Shown piece after piece: positions 29,860-44,385 of a DNA stretch of 64,000 nt. The notes beneath the pieces are model-generated. The model made no database searches. It worked only from the letters and a program-made list of their open reading frames with translations, and was not told the origin of the DNA. Source of the stretch: Eledone cirrhosa (lineage: Eukaryota); assembly GCA_964016885.1 (NCBI GenBank), contig OZ024742.1:100130001-100194000 (forward strand), written 5' to 3'. The translations under genes were made by a program, and so were the position numbers. Position 1 is the stretch's first letter. Every line of letters starts with the position of its first letter.

Positions 29860-30192
29860 GAAGGCGTGTGGAAATTGTGGTTATGGTATTCGACTCAAGA
29901 TCGTAAGCTCATCTATACAATTCCTAGCGCTGCGTGGTCTCCATGAGCAAGACACTTCATTTTGCCCGTTGCTTCAGTCCACTCAGCTGGCAAATATGAG
30001 TCGTGCCTGTAATTTGACGGGCCGGTCTGGTCACATTCTGTATCACGCTGAATCTCCCTGAGAACTACGTTAAGAGTACGTGCTTATGTGGAATACTCCG
30101 CAACTTGCCTTGCAGCTTAATTTCACAAGCCGGCCTTTACCGTTGGTCGTATCAACTGGAACTCTCGTTCTTGTAGCTGACTTGGTGGCATT
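29860..30192 (+). mobile_element. tRNA-derived CORE-type SINE
   Basis: gaaggcgtgtgg..gtggtt head; tgagcaagacacttcatttt..gttgcttcagtccactcagctgg central domain shared with 43500-43958. Confidence 0.7.
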
Positions 30193-30198
30193 TTAATT

Positions 30199-30326
<128 letters not shown>

Positions 30327-31382
30327 AGTAAAGCAACGGAGGAAAGAACTCGCGTTTGAAAACACACTCTCCTGTGTGTTTGCCCTCTATATTGCATATA
30401 TATATATATATCATATCATCGATTAACGTCTATTTTCCATGCTAGCATGGGTTAGATGAGTTTGTCCCATTAGTGGCAAGTAGCTTTGGGTGACCATGTC
30501 TCACTCATATAGGACTGTTTCTGGCTGGTTTTCTACGACTGGATGCCCTTCCAAAGTAAATTTGTCACGAATATACATAATGTCTCAATGAAAAGAGATC
30601 CCTCATATAGGGTGGCCACTGAAAGACTGAATGATATAGAACAAGAATAACGTTTACAAACACGTTTTTTTTTATTATTTTATTTGGAAATATAAGTAAT
30701 GGATTTTTTTCAGTATTATGTGTTGAAAAACAACAAGGGATGCTCTATAACTTGCAAAAAACAAGAAAAGAAAATAGATTGAAAACGAACAAGTTTTACA
30801 GTGACCACCCTGTATAATCTCATTCAGAGAAGCAAGTACACATAGAGCACCTGACCCAAAATTACCGAAGAATGACTGAGACCATTCCAATATATGGGGG
30901 TATTTATTTATATTTTTATACCATACAGAAACACTCCGATGATAAACCGTTCTGTTAACGGTAGCCATATCTCTTGGAATGGTTCTCGTTATTCTTCGGT
31001 TTCAAAACTGCTGTAAGAGAACTTATACCTTCTGGCTTTAGGTTGCTTGACTAGGAATATATCCCTAGGGAAAGACGCTTGTGAAGAGTTCATTTTAGAT
31101 TACTTCAATGGCATCTACCCGTCATTGATTTTGTATAAGATTCTCTCTCTATATATATATATATTTATATATAGTTTCTGAATTTCTTTAGCAAGATTCT
31201 TTATCTGAAAACGTGTGTTGAAACCGATATTGTTATACTTTGGTAGGGTCATGTTGCCAATAAGAAACACACGCACCAGATGATTTCGCTCCAATTTATT
31301 ATAAATTAAAATTTTTTTTTTTTTAATTTATAAATTTCCGGTTGGTTGGTTGGTTCCACAGCCGGACGGTTGTTCATATATT

Positions 31383-31425
31383 GTCAGAGTTCTTTCGTCA
31401 CACATTTTGTGACCTCTTCAGTGAC
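31383..31425 (-). ncRNA. Minimal hammerhead-like motif in PLE pLTR
   Basis: GUCA-CUGAAGA-G-GUCACA(AAAUG)UGUGAC-GAAA-G(AA)C-UC^UGAC. Confidence 0.6.
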
Positions 31426-31789
31426 TGGGGATTATTTTCTTTGTTTTGTGCCTCTCCTTTGTTCTGTCCTACGCCATCTTGTTTTGTGTGTGTTGTGTGC
31501 TTAGTTTGCGATGTGTTACATCCGGGTGTGTGTTTTTATTTGTTTATTTATTTGTTTATTTACATGTTACTGGTTGGTTGTTTGTTCTATGTGTGTGTGT
31601 TTTCATTTTGTCCTTAATTGTAAGTTGTGATGTTGCTATTCCATTCATGTTTTCTATTTAATTTGGGTTGGAGTTCATTTATGTTTATTGCCTCTGTGAT
31701 TTGTCTAAACATTGCATCTTTTCTGTGTGTAGATTTTATTTTTATTTCTGTTCTCTAATTTGCCCTTATGTTCTATTTTAGCATGTTGG

Positions 31790-32181
31790 TGGAGTACTGA
31801 TGATTCTTTTCTATCTTGAAGCTCTCACCAGTGTTCATTTAACCGCTCTCCTATACTACGAGCTGTCTCACCTATGTACACTATATTCTTATCTTTACAT
31901 TGTCCTTCAGTACATCTTATGCTATATACTATGTTTCTAGTTTTACAGTTAATATGGGGGCTTAGTTTACAGATTATGCATTTCTTATATATACAGGCAG
32001 GTCTTTGAAAAGAGTATGTATTACTAATAAGTGTTTTTATGGAGGTACCTGGTCTTTCTACTATCTTAATATTAAGTTTAAGTTTATCTAGGGCCCGTCT
32101 AAATGTGTAAGCTAATTCACCTCTAGGGGTTGTATTCATGAACATTACACTCTGGTATTTATTGCTATCATACCATGAGTT
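31790..32181 (-). pseudogene. GIY-YIG endonuclease fragment of a Penelope-like element
   Basis: IKIVERPGTSIK..CIYKKCIIC..CKTRNIVYSIRC..VYIGETARSIGERLNEH. Confidence 0.88.
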
Positions 32182-32618
32182 TGAACAAACGTCCGGTTGT
32201 GGAACCAACCAACCAACCGGAAATTTATACATTTTTTTTATTTTATATTTTTTTTTTAATTTATAATAAATTGGATTGAAAGCAACTGGTGCGTGTGTTT
32301 CTTATTGGCAACATGACCCTCCCAAAGCATAACAGTATATATATATATATATATATATAATATATGTACATATATATATATATATATGTATGCAAAAGGC
32401 AAACAGAATTAAGAAATTAAACGACAGAGTACAATGAAAAAACATGTTAGTTTTACGCTTAATATAGTAGGGAGAGAGTCTTAACATTTCGGACGTTAGT
32501 TCTTCATCAGAAAATAGAATGAGATATTAAAGAAGAATTAGAGGGATAGAGGAGAGTGGCCAGTGACAGAAATGAAAAAAAAATGTTTTTGAGAAAAATA
32601 GGTCTATTCTGGTCGCCA

Positions 32619-32721
<103 letters not shown>

Positions 32722-34624
32722 GTGAGTATCTCTGTGTACGTGTGTATGTGTGTGTGTACATGTGTACATTTATATATATATAATCAGTCTCGATACTATA
32801 GATGTATCTCACTGTTCTCGTCAGATACATTCATTTGCAAGTGCCATCAATCATACCGTACAGCATTCAAACGTTGTATGGTTTGGTCTTACGTCTTATG
32901 TGAGGTAAATATCCCTATATCGATATCCCTATCCCTATTCCTGTGGACGATTTCATATCGATGAAGCGAATTTCTTCTATAGTCTATCCAGTACCTACAT
33001 ACCTTGTGGGATATTGTTCGGCTATATGTTCTTAAAGTATAATATTAGTATAATATTCTTTGGCCAGCCATTGTGTCAAATTGGAATTCTCCTGTTATTG
33101 AGAAGAATTATATTCAAGAGATTTCTCCCTTCATCCATTTAAACCTACCCTTTTTTTATTTATAAGACACCTTATAAAAATGTTCTACATTTGGATCAAC
33201 AACAGATTTTTTTTCCCTAATCCGCTACCCTGAACAGATATAAGTTATGGCCCCTTTAAACTATGCAGCTTCATAAAAGGATTAGCTTATTACTTATGGA
33301 GTACTCTACTACTATTTATTTCTATATTCTGGTAGGTGTCGTTTCCACCAAATGAAAAACTGATTAACGACGCTGAATATAGAATACGAGATATAATGTG
33401 AAAGCGTGTATTGAATCAATTATAATGGAGATCAGCCAAGAGGTTACAGCTGTATGTCGAAAAACTGTTACCAATAACTAAATAAATTAATAATTAACAG
33501 AGCAGTAATAGATAGAAATAAATGAAGAACACTGACTGTTTACATCACAATAAAGCTACATAGCCAACTATGAAAATCTTACAAACATTGACAAGTATTG
33601 CCAATGTTTCTTTCCATTCCGGTTGGTCCGTAACTCCTGTTGGAATTGTAGGAGCACCGTCGGGATATACCATCGGGACATACAGCGAGTTTCGGGCACT
33701 TTAAACCTGGCGGAGCCCATCTCGTCTCCAAGTCTGAAAAAGGGGAGAGGAGGACAGAAAGAGAGTTAGAGGGAAGGGGCAGAACCAAACAATAGATACA
33801 GCTGTAGAATCTACTCCCTTATTTCACTTGTACTTTATTTATAGCCCTCTAAAGGATGAACTACACAGTTAATCTAGGAGAAATCTGAACTTAGAGAATA
33901 AAGAGCTGGATAGAATGCCGCAAAGCGTTCTATCCGAGGTTATTCTATATCGGTCTGTAGGATGTACACGACTAGTGAGTCTGCTAGCTTCCTGACAGTT
34001 CCTGGCAGTTCACTACCGTACTTTCACGTGACATCTAAAATTGAAGACGATTGTAGAAAGAATACAGATTAGTTGGTAGAAATAAAAAAAACTAGATTTC
34101 CCGCCAATAAAGAACTCCACCATTAATTTTGAAATATATTCAATCATTTATATATAGAAATACTTGGACATATGCAAGAGTTGATTTGCAATATAAAATC
34201 GAACAATCAACATTCAATATATAATTAATATATATTAAAAAAAAATATTGAAATGTTCTACATTCATTATACAGGAGATAAATTCAATCCATGGATGGAA
34301 GTAAATAATATATAGATTACGGAAGTCACCGAATATATGTTTGTGACAAGCGGCATTGATCACATGCTTAATGAGAAAACATTAGTTACACTGATCGATC
34401 TCCTTAACGAAGTTCCGTTTCATTGGAATCTTCTGCCTATAACACATATTAGATGTGTTGTATACAGAGGGTTGCGTAATATCGGCGAATGTTATGCAAT
34501 CGGGCTAATTACCACTCATCAGCAGGGAGCCCATAGAGTAATGAATATGTGTGTGTATACATGCGCATGTATGTATGTGTGTGTGTATGTATCTGTGTGT
34601 GTAAGTGTGTGCGCGTGTGTGTAT

Positions 34625-34713
<89 letters not shown>

Positions 34714-34828
34714 CCAAGATGTAGGCCACAGTTTTCTACCTAGGTAACTGAAACTTTTCATAGGGCACAACATTTCCAGGAAAAGGTCATAGGCTAGCTG
34801 AACTTTAGACTCTCTCTCTCTCTCTCCA

Positions 34829-34870
<42 letters not shown>

Positions 34871-34874
34871 CCTA

Positions 34875-34930
<56 letters not shown>

Positions 34931-36236
34931 TATATATACATACAGAGAGGGAGCGGGACGGAGATAAAGTGAGAGAGACAGAGTAAAGTAGGTGTTTTAA
35001 ATACCAGTGTAGTTAAAACTGAAAGAGCAGTGTTTTATTGAAGAGAAAAGTGGTAGCGACGAATCAGACATTGCTTTATTGTAAGTTCCGATGTCGCTGC
35101 CAACTCTCTCTTCAATCCGAACGTGAAGGACAATGCGGTATGATTGTTTTTATTTAATCTGACCATATTTCATGTTTTTTTGGTCGTCTTATTCGCGCCA
35201 GTCACCAATTTGGTAATTTTTCTGACCCACGGGACTACACTTCTTTAGAAACAGCCGTTACTCCCCTCGTCATGATTTATAGAAAAACAAAGTGTTACCT
35301 GTTGATCCATCTTCCCTAATAGCTAACCGTTGTTTTAGTCCGAGGCTACATTTTCAGGAGCCCACGTATAATGGTATTCGCCATCAGCGACTCGCTCTTT
35401 AGCAGAACAACTCATTAAAATGTCTCCCTATATATGTTTATCCAGTCGATGCAATGTAAGTCACCCGGAGAAGTATAACATCTTATTAATACTTTTGGCA
35501 AAGCTCGGAATTGTATGAATTCGTTCGGTCTACTCTGGGGAACTTCCAACTACTGACTGACTCAAATATTCCTAATATTGTTAATGTGCTTCCATACATC
35601 AATCTGTTGAACAATCCTGAACGGGAAACTCAGAGTATCGATTCAAAAAACCCCAAACTTGTAATGATATGTATGCGTATGTGCACATATGTGTGTGGGT
35701 GTATATGTGTATGTTTGTGCGTTTGTGTATCTATTTGCGTGTATGTGTTTATATTTTCTATACAAACGCACACATACAAAGTGATGACTAAAAGCAGACA
35801 CACATATTTTCATTATACTCATGCATATATGTATACACACATAAATACATAAACACATACATATATTTATACAAACATACATAAATACATACATATATTT
35901 ATACAAACATACATAAATACATACATATATTTATACAAACATACATAAATACATACAAACATATATACATACGTATGCATACATACATACATACATACAT
36001 ACATACATACATACATACATACATACATACATACATACATACATACATACATACATAGTCACGATTGGCAATAGTGAGCTAATTAGGAACATATATATAG
36101 AATTAATGAAACCAATTATTAGTTAATAATCTAGCAAATTGAATTGTGAATGGTAGAAATATATGACTGCCTGTCTTAATAAACTCATACATAACACTAC
36201 ATTCACACACACTCAAACACGCACACACACGCATAC

Positions 36237-36341
<105 letters not shown>

Positions 36342-36434
36342 TAAATATATGTGTGTGTGTGTGTAGTATGTATGTATAAATATATGTATGTATGTATTGT
36401 ATGTGTGTGTATGTATGTATATATATATGTGTGA

Positions 36435-36488
<54 letters not shown>

Positions 36489-37110
36489 ATATATATATAT
36501 ATATTTCTGTATGTATGTATATATATGTATATGTATGTATCTATGTATGTACGTGTGTATTGTGAGATATACTGTATATTGAGTTCAAAACATGATTTGG
36601 CTATATCACAAGTGTGAGGGATTTTAAGACCGACATATATTTTGTTGGGGATCAGCAGTTCAATTAGGAAAATGATTGGGAGTCAACCGAGATGTCTTAA
36701 TTCGAATCCCATCTGATACAATCTACCTGTCTACATCTCAACTTTCTCGAATTATTTATCTCTTTCTCTCTTCCTTTTCTCTCCCCCTCTTTCTCACTGT
36801 GGAAAGAATTGATTTAGCTATATACATGTATATTACGCACACACATACACACACACACTAGCCTAACACTAATGCCAAACCGTATCAAACTCCACACCAC
36901 CATGTCCTAGTTTAAATAGGGTGTTGTTTGTCTGGCAATGCATGATAGGGGACTCATGGCTTCTCATCACCCCTTCAGACTCTCACACACATCCCCAAAC
37001 ACACACGGAATCGAGTTCATAACTTCCATAGGTGATATTGAACCAATCATCTGCGAAATTCATGTAACAGGGCGATATAAAAACATAAATACATGTAAAC
37101 GAAACTTCAC

Positions 37111-37194
<84 letters not shown>

Positions 37195-38207
37195 ATATAT
37201 ATATCACATATACACACACATATGTATGTATATATTTCTCTTTCTGGTTGAAACACTGCAGGTTGAATTATTTGAGTTCGCTCAATGAAACGCATGTTCC
37301 TGCGCTTCTCGGTGTTATGCCGTCATTGTAATATCGAATTTAATAATATATTTAAAACTTTCCCCATGTACTGGGTGCTTGGATATCTTTACCAAACCAG
37401 TACTCGAGAAATTGCATTAATCGTACACATTCCTGTGGAATAGTCAGCCATTTACATGCTAATTCAGTGAGCATGTAATTTAGTTACTCGAACATGCGAT
37501 TAAACAGTGTAAAAACTAACAAAGTTCCATTTAATTTACTTTGTTTATATGGGCCCCTAACCTCTGATTGTGACATTCTAAGCCTGGCAAAGCCCATCGC
37601 CTCCCTATGTCTGAACACAGCTGATTTCTTCTAAAGAAAGAGAGAGAGAAGAATAGAATGATAGAGAAGAGTTAAGTGAGAAATATATATACAGAAAGAA
37701 TCGACCCCAGTACTTGACTGGAACCTTTTTAATCGACCTCGAAATGATGAAAAGAAACGTTGACCTCGGTAATATTTGAACTCAGAAAACACTGACAGCT
37801 GGATCGAATACCATAAAGTGTTCTATCAAATGTACATTTACTTAAAGGAATCCTGAATATGGTTTTTAGTTTAAGATATCGAGATTGATGCGGTGTCTTT
37901 CACTGAAAATTAAGAGAAAAGGCGGTAGTAGCATTTGATTTAGATATAGGCCATGTGAGCTGCAGCTCAGAGAATCATAATCCAGGGTGGCGATGTGACT
38001 CATGTTAAATATATAGTAAAATATAACTTTGAAGAATGAAAATGTTGTCAAAATTTATAATATCCTAATTGTTATTAAATTGACTTCTTTTTCTTTTAGT
38101 GTCATCTCTATTTTAGATGTTGGCATTGATCGATGCTGGGATCTCAACAACTTTCTGTGTATAGGCCAACATTTCATTACATAAATACATGTAAACGAAA
38201 CTTCACA

Positions 38208-38287
<80 letters not shown>

Positions 38288-38318
38288 TCTCTCTCTCTCT
38301 CTCACTCTCTTTCTCTCT

Positions 38319-38403
<85 letters not shown>

Positions 38404-38629
38404 GAAAATGATTAAAAGGGTTTGAAAAGCGCACCTGGTATATGTATCTAAAGCATTTTTATAACATATACAGAAATCGATGTTAGCAAAGCTTGCTTTC
38501 TCCGTTTTGGATTATCAAAACATTTGTTATTATGTTAAATTGTGTTTTCGTTAAAACTCCTGCATGCTGATTTTCGACCTCATTGGTTTGGTTCGCTTAT
38601 ATTATATTATATTATATTATATTACATTA

Positions 38630-39265
38630 TCTATATATATAAAACTGAGGATGTCTGTATGTGTGTGTGGGTTGTCTGTGAGTTTGAATCCCTAAAACTC
38701 GAGAAGTATCTAACCGATTATTTTCAAACTTTACATGTGTATTACTTATCTTTCAGTGAGTGTTATGCACATAAAATCAACTTTTTTATCCCCATGGGCG
38801 CGCATTAGGTGAAAAACTGCGTTTTTTTTCCAGCTTTTTTTTGGGGGGGGGGGGCGTTACGTCAGACCGATTTCATTGAAATTGTAACTATGTATTAGTC
38901 AGTCTCTTCTTCATACCGTGAGCAAAGAAAATCCAACTTTCTTATGGCCTAGGGCCCGCATTAGATGAAAAGCTTCATTTTTTTAGCTTTTTGGTGCTCT
39001 TCTGAGGCGATTTTCCCGAAATTTCAAGGCATATTATGCACATACAAAAAATTCATTTTCTTGATCCCCTAGGGCCCGCATTAGGTGAAAACCTGCATTT
39101 TTCCTGTTTCATCGAGGAAAATCTTAAAGATTATCCAACCATCAGAGTATTCGGTTTATTTTTCTTTACATATTGTTCAGGCATGCAGTTTTTCCACGAT
39201 TAGGTCTGTTGGCGGCCCGCATTCCAAAATACCTTATCCCGTACAACGCCGGGTACCACTGCTAG
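38630..39265 (+). mobile_element. Non-autonomous Helitron
   Basis: A|TC 5' end (tctatatatataaaactgaggatgtc), subterminal hairpin cccgtacaacgccggg, CTAG|T 3' end; homologous to 48272-48867. Confidence 0.88.
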
Positions 39266-39509
39266 TATTATAATATATGTACCCTGGACTTCTGTAATTT
39301 CCGTGTATCAAATTTTACTTGCAAGGCATTGTACAATTCGAGACTAAAGAGATACAACTTGCCGAAGGTGGAAGTTAACCCCAGACCATGAAGTTACGAA
39401 ACGAACATCTTACCCAGCAAACAAATCTCGCTCACATTTCTTGTGACAATTGGAATGATCATAGTTGGGGCACCTTTGATCATAGATGGGGTCAATCATG
39501 ACTAACATA

Positions 39510-39850
39510 GAGCTAAACAACAACAATAAAAACAATAGCCATAGCAAAAACAATAACTACTATTACATCAAGAACAGCAACAGTTAGAGAAGCAACAACA
39601 ACAACAACAGCATCAATAACAGCAACACTATCAACAAAAACAGAATCAAGAGCAACAACAACATCAATAAGCAAATCAATGAAAATAGTTATAATAACAA
39701 AGTTACAACAATAACACCACCAACATCAAAATCAACAGCAACAACAATAACAAGAAGACCAGCAACAACAAGAACAGTATCACCAAGAACAGCAACAACA
39801 ACAAAGATAACAACAATATTAATAACAGTAAGAAGAACAACAACAACATA
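39510..39850. repeat. Degenerate (CAA)n tract
   Basis: Direct reading. Confidence 0.8.
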
Positions 39851-39999
39851 CAATCTTTTTCTAGAAGACATTAACCTATGATAAAGTGTTGAAGCAAGTC
39901 TTTATGTTCTAATAAACACTTCCAATGTGGTTGGAAACCAAAAACTTTTGAAGAAAGATGAAGGTGTTAGATCTATTTCGGCATCGTTATACACATGAT

Positions 40000-42131
40000 G
40001 TTGTTGTTGGTTGTGGTGAGGTCTAATGGGGTGGTGAGGTGTGTGGGGGGTATTGGGGTCGTGACGTAGTGGTGCTGGTGGTGGGGTGATAAGCTGGTGG
40101 TGGTAGTGGTGGTGGTGGTGTTGGTGGTGGGGTGTAATGGTTTGATGAGGTAGTGGTCGTTTTAGTGGTGTGTGTGATCGTGGTGGTGGTGGTGGTGGTG
40201 GTGGTGGTTGTGGTGGGGTGTAATGGTGTGATGAGGTAGTGGTCGTTGTAGTGGCGGAGGTGGGTAGCACTGGAGGTGGTGGTCATTGTAATTGTTGATG
40301 TTGTTGATGATAGTTGTGGTGGTGGTGGTGGTGTTGGTGGTTATTGTAATTGTTGATGTTGTTGATGATGGTGGTGGTGGTGGTGGTTATTGTAATTGTT
40401 GATGTTGTTGAGGGTGGTGGTGGTGGTGGTGGTGGTGGTTATTGTAATTGTTGATGTTGTTGATGATGGTGGTGGTGGTGGTGGTGGTGGTGGTGGTGGT
40501 GGTGGTGGTTATTGTAATTGTTGATGTTGTTGATGGTGGTGGTTGTGGTGGTGGTGGTGGTGGTGGTGGTGGTGGAGGTTATTGGAATTGTTGATGTTGA
40601 TGATGGTGGTGGTGGTGGTGGTGGTGGTGGTGGTGGTGGTTATTGTAATTGTTGATGTTGTTGATGATGGTGGTGGTGGTGGTGGTGGTGGTGGTGGTTA
40701 TTGTAATTGTTGATGTTGATGATGATGGTTGTGGTGGTGGTGGTGGTGGTGGTGGTGGTGGTGGAGGTGTTGGTGGTTATTGTAATTGTTGATGTTGTTG
40801 ATGATGGTGGTGGTGGTGGTGGTGGTGGTTATTGTAATTATTGATGTTGTTGATGATGGTGGTGGTGGTGGTGGTGGTGGTGGTGGTGGTGGAGGTTATT
40901 GTAATTGTTGATGTTGTTGATGATGGTGGTGGTGGTGGTGGTGGTGGTGGTGGTGGTGGTGGTGGTGGTGGTGGTGGTTGTGGTGGTGGTGGTGGTGGTG
41001 GTGGTGGTTATTGTAATTGTTGATGTTGTTGATGGTGGTGGTGGTGGTGGTGGTGGTGGTGGTTATTGTAATTGTTGATGTTGTTGATGATGGTTGTGGT
41101 GGTGGTGGTGGTGGTGGTGGTGGTGGTGGTGGTTATTGTAATTGTTGATGATGATGGTTGTGGTGGTGGTGGTAGTGGTGGTGGTGGTAGTGGTGGTGGT
41201 GGTTATTGTAATTGTTGATGTTGATGATGATGGTTGTGGTGGTGGTGGTAGTGGTGGTGGTGGTAGTGGTGGTGGTGGTAGTGGTGGTGGTGGTTATTGT
41301 AATTGTTGATGTTGTTGATGATGGTGGTGGTGGTGGTGGTGGTGGTGGTGGTGGTGGTGGTGGTGGTGGTGGTGGTGGTTATTGTAATTGTTGATGTTGT
41401 TGATGATGGTGGTGGTGGTGGTGGTGGTGGTGGTGGTGGTGGTGGTGGTGGTGGTGGTGGTTATTGTAATTGTTGATGTTGATGATGATGGTTGTGGTGG
41501 TGGTGGTGGTTATTATAATTGTTGATGTTGTTGATGGTAGTGGTGTTGTTGATGGTGGTGGTGTTGTTGATGGTGGTGGTGGTGATGGTAGTGGTGGTTA
41601 TTATAGTTGTTGATGTTGTTATTGAGGTTGTTCTTGTTGATAATAGTAGTGTTGGTGGTGGTGGTGGTGGTGGTGGTTGGTGGTGGTGGTGGTTGTGGGA
41701 GTAGAGTAGTACTTATAGTTGTTGGTGATGTTGTTGTTGTTGATGTTATGGTGGTGGTGTAGAAAGTGGTGGAGTGACAGTTGTAGTTGTATTATAGTAG
41801 GAGATATTAGGAGGGCGGTAGATTGGCAGTATCGGTAGAGGGTCGGACGCCATGCTTTCCAGCGTAGTTACGTCCCTTTACGGTCTGAGTTCAAATCCCG
41901 TCGAGGTTAACTTTGCCTTTCATCCTTACGGGGTCGATAAAATAAAGTACCAGTAATGTACTGGGATAATTGCTGGCCTTGTGCCAAAAGTAGAAACAAT
42001 TATAGTAGGAGGTATTGTTGGTGATAGTGGCGGCAGTGCTAATGACATTGGTGGAGAGAGTTTTGGGGTAGTTGTTGTTGCTGATGTTAGTTGTAGTTGG
42101 TAGTGCTAGTTGTATTTGAGGTTGTTATTGC

Positions 42132-42162
<31 letters not shown>

Positions 42163-42480
42163 GGTGGTGGTGGTGGTGGTGGTGCTGCTGCTGGTGTTGG
42201 TGGTGGTGCTGCCGGTGTTGGTGCTGGTGGTGGTGCTGGTGGTAATGGTGGTAATGGTGGTGCTGGTGGTGGGGCTGGTGATAATGGTGGTGGTGGTGGT
42301 GGTGCTGGTGGGGCTGGTGATAATGGTGGTGGTGGTGGTGGTGCTGGTGGTGGTGCTGGTGGTGGTGCTGGTGTTGCTGGTGGTGCTGGTGGTGGTGTTG
42401 ATGCTAGTGGTGCTGGTGGTGCTGGTGGTGGTGGTGGTGGTGGTGCTGGTGGTGCTGGTGGTGCTGGTGCTGGTGCTGGT
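40000..42480. repeat. (GGT)n field including a compound minisatellite at about 40280-41530
   Basis: Fixed linker tattgtaattgttgatgttgttgatga alternating with variable (ggt)n; interrupted by a SINE at 41812-42003. Confidence 0.9.
41812..42003 (+). mobile_element. Full-length tRNA-derived SINE with TSD
   Basis: A box tggcagtatcgg, B box gagttcaaatcc, central gcctttcatccttacggggtcgataaaataaagtaccag (resembles Meta-type SINE domain, from memory); TSD attatagtaggag(a/g)tatt 41791-41808 / 41999-42016. Confidence 0.9.
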
Positions 42481-42655
42481 CTCAGGTCAACCATTATCCA
42501 ACGAACCTATAATGGACGACGTTCTTAAAGTAGCTTTTCAGGCATAGTTTATATAGTAATACGTAATTTAACTGTGCCTGTGAATTAGGGAAGAATTTGC
42601 TACTATCTGTAACAAGTCAAACTTACTTCGCTGCTTCATGTGGAAGACGGAATAC

Positions 42656-42704
<49 letters not shown>

Positions 42705-42736
42705 TATATGTGTATATATATATATATACACATATA

Positions 42737-42865
<129 letters not shown>

Positions 42866-43499
42866 TTATTTATTTATTTATATATATATATCTGAAAATA
42901 GGGAGAAAAAGACGATTATTAGGAAGAAAAATATATTTTCTTCCCTTTTATTTTTTTTTATTTTTTCTGGGTTAGAAAATGTTTAAAGCAAAATATTTTA
43001 CTTTGTGTGAAGTGTTAAGGTTTTAGTTAATTTATTTATTAATTAACAATGGTATTTATTTATTTATTTATATATTTAATAATTGTCTATTACCGGTTTC
43101 AGTATTTTATGCATTATCAATGGGGGGGGGGTTGTATTGGTGTAAAATGGTGGTGTTGAACATGTTAAGGAAATGGGGAAGAAAGAATAATGTTATTTAC
43201 AAACAAGGTTTTTGAAGTGAAAAGAAAAAAGAACAAAAAAGGGGTAATGTGGAACATGATAAGGTAATGGGAAAGAAAAACTAATAATATTTACAGGTAT
43301 AGTTCTTGAAGATAAGCAGTTCAAAATGTGTTATTATAGCAAGAGTGCTTAGTTGATCCATGATGGAGGTAAATGATAGTCTAGGGGTTTCATATGATTC
43401 CCCTTTTTAGAGAGTTAATATGCAGGCGGAGGTAATTCAGGGTAGTCAGGTAGGGGAGAGAGAAATAAGAGGGGTGGGTAATTCAGTTATATATATATG

Positions 43500-43958
43500 G
43501 GTAAAGACCCCCATCGGTAACGAATGACCATGGGATTTGCTCCTATAAAGTTCCCCTCCGAGGCACAAGTCCGGGCAAGGTTGTTTGTGGAAGACCAGCA
43601 GTCACCTATGTATACCAGTCTCCCCTTTCCATGCCACTCATATTGTCCAAGGGAAAGGCAATGGCCAATGCAGCTTGACACCAGTGACGTCGCAACTGAT
43701 GTTTACAGCTGAGTAAACTGGAGCAACGTGAAATAAATTGTCTTGTTCAAGAACACAACGCAGAGCCCGGTTCGAGAATCGAACGCAAAACATATATATC
43801 GAGGAAACAATATTTCTGTTGGTCTTTCCAATTACTAAATACTCTCTATCGGTCGCCATTCTAAGTAGAAGGAGTAACGTGAAATAAAGTGTCTTGCTCA
43901 AGGACATAACGTATTACCCGATCCGGGAATCGAACTCACAACCTCAGGCACGCGCCTT
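43500..43958 (-). mobile_element. CORE-type tRNA-SINE with long 3' tail plus a second partial head
   Basis: ggagcaacgtgaaataaa.tgtcttg.tcaag twice; B-box complement gggaatcgaactc. Confidence 0.75.
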
Positions 43959-44166
43959 TTATAGGCTGTGGTGGTGCTGGTGGTGCTGGTGGTAATGGTG
44001 GTGCTGGTGGTGGTGGTGGTGCTGGTGCTGATGGTGGTGGTGTTGGTGGTGCTAGAGGTGCTGGTGATGCTAGTGGTGCTGGTGCTGGTGGTGCTGGGGG
44101 GGATGCTGATTTAGAATGTGGATATAACGTTTGTGGTGGTGTATTGTTATTGTTGCCGTTGTTTTG

Positions 44167-44202
<36 letters not shown>

Positions 44203-44385
44203 GTTATATAGTAACGTGCATTATTGGTTGTGTAAAATGGTCCAATAAATTTATGTTAGCAATATTAAGTTCTCCACGCTTTTGTATATCTCCAATTCCA
44301 TTCAAGGGAACGGCTAGATGATGTAAAACCGAGTATAAGTATCAAAATGAAAATCCGAGGGCAAGGTAAAATTCCAATCATTTAA

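Larger units (their letters stand above)
31227..32338 (-). mobile_element. 5'-truncated Penelope-like element with inverted pLTR tail
   Basis: GIY-YIG coding fragment, hammerhead-like motif in 3' region, ~150-bp inverted repeats 31227-31376 / 32182-32338. Confidence 0.85.

Noticed and set aside
33700-33735. Short similarity to 46158-46240 (cgccaggtttaaagt; TRGHPY, CR1-like 3' end)
   Set aside because: Too short and degenerate to assign
34316-34470. Open frame ITEVTEYMFVTSG.. vaguely like a dual-specificity phosphatase start
   Set aside because: Weak acceptor, no catalytic motif, similarity too slight
40280-41530. Constant repeat with variable spacers (CRISPR-like)
   Set aside because: Spacers are only GGT runs
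41812-41900. tRNA gene (A and B boxes)
   Set aside because: No cloverleaf; continues into SINE body and tail with a TSD
42087-42547. Gly-rich or Pro-rich ORFs resembling structural proteins
   Set aside because: Part of the (GGT/GCT)n field and open in overlapping frames; cannot be supported as coding
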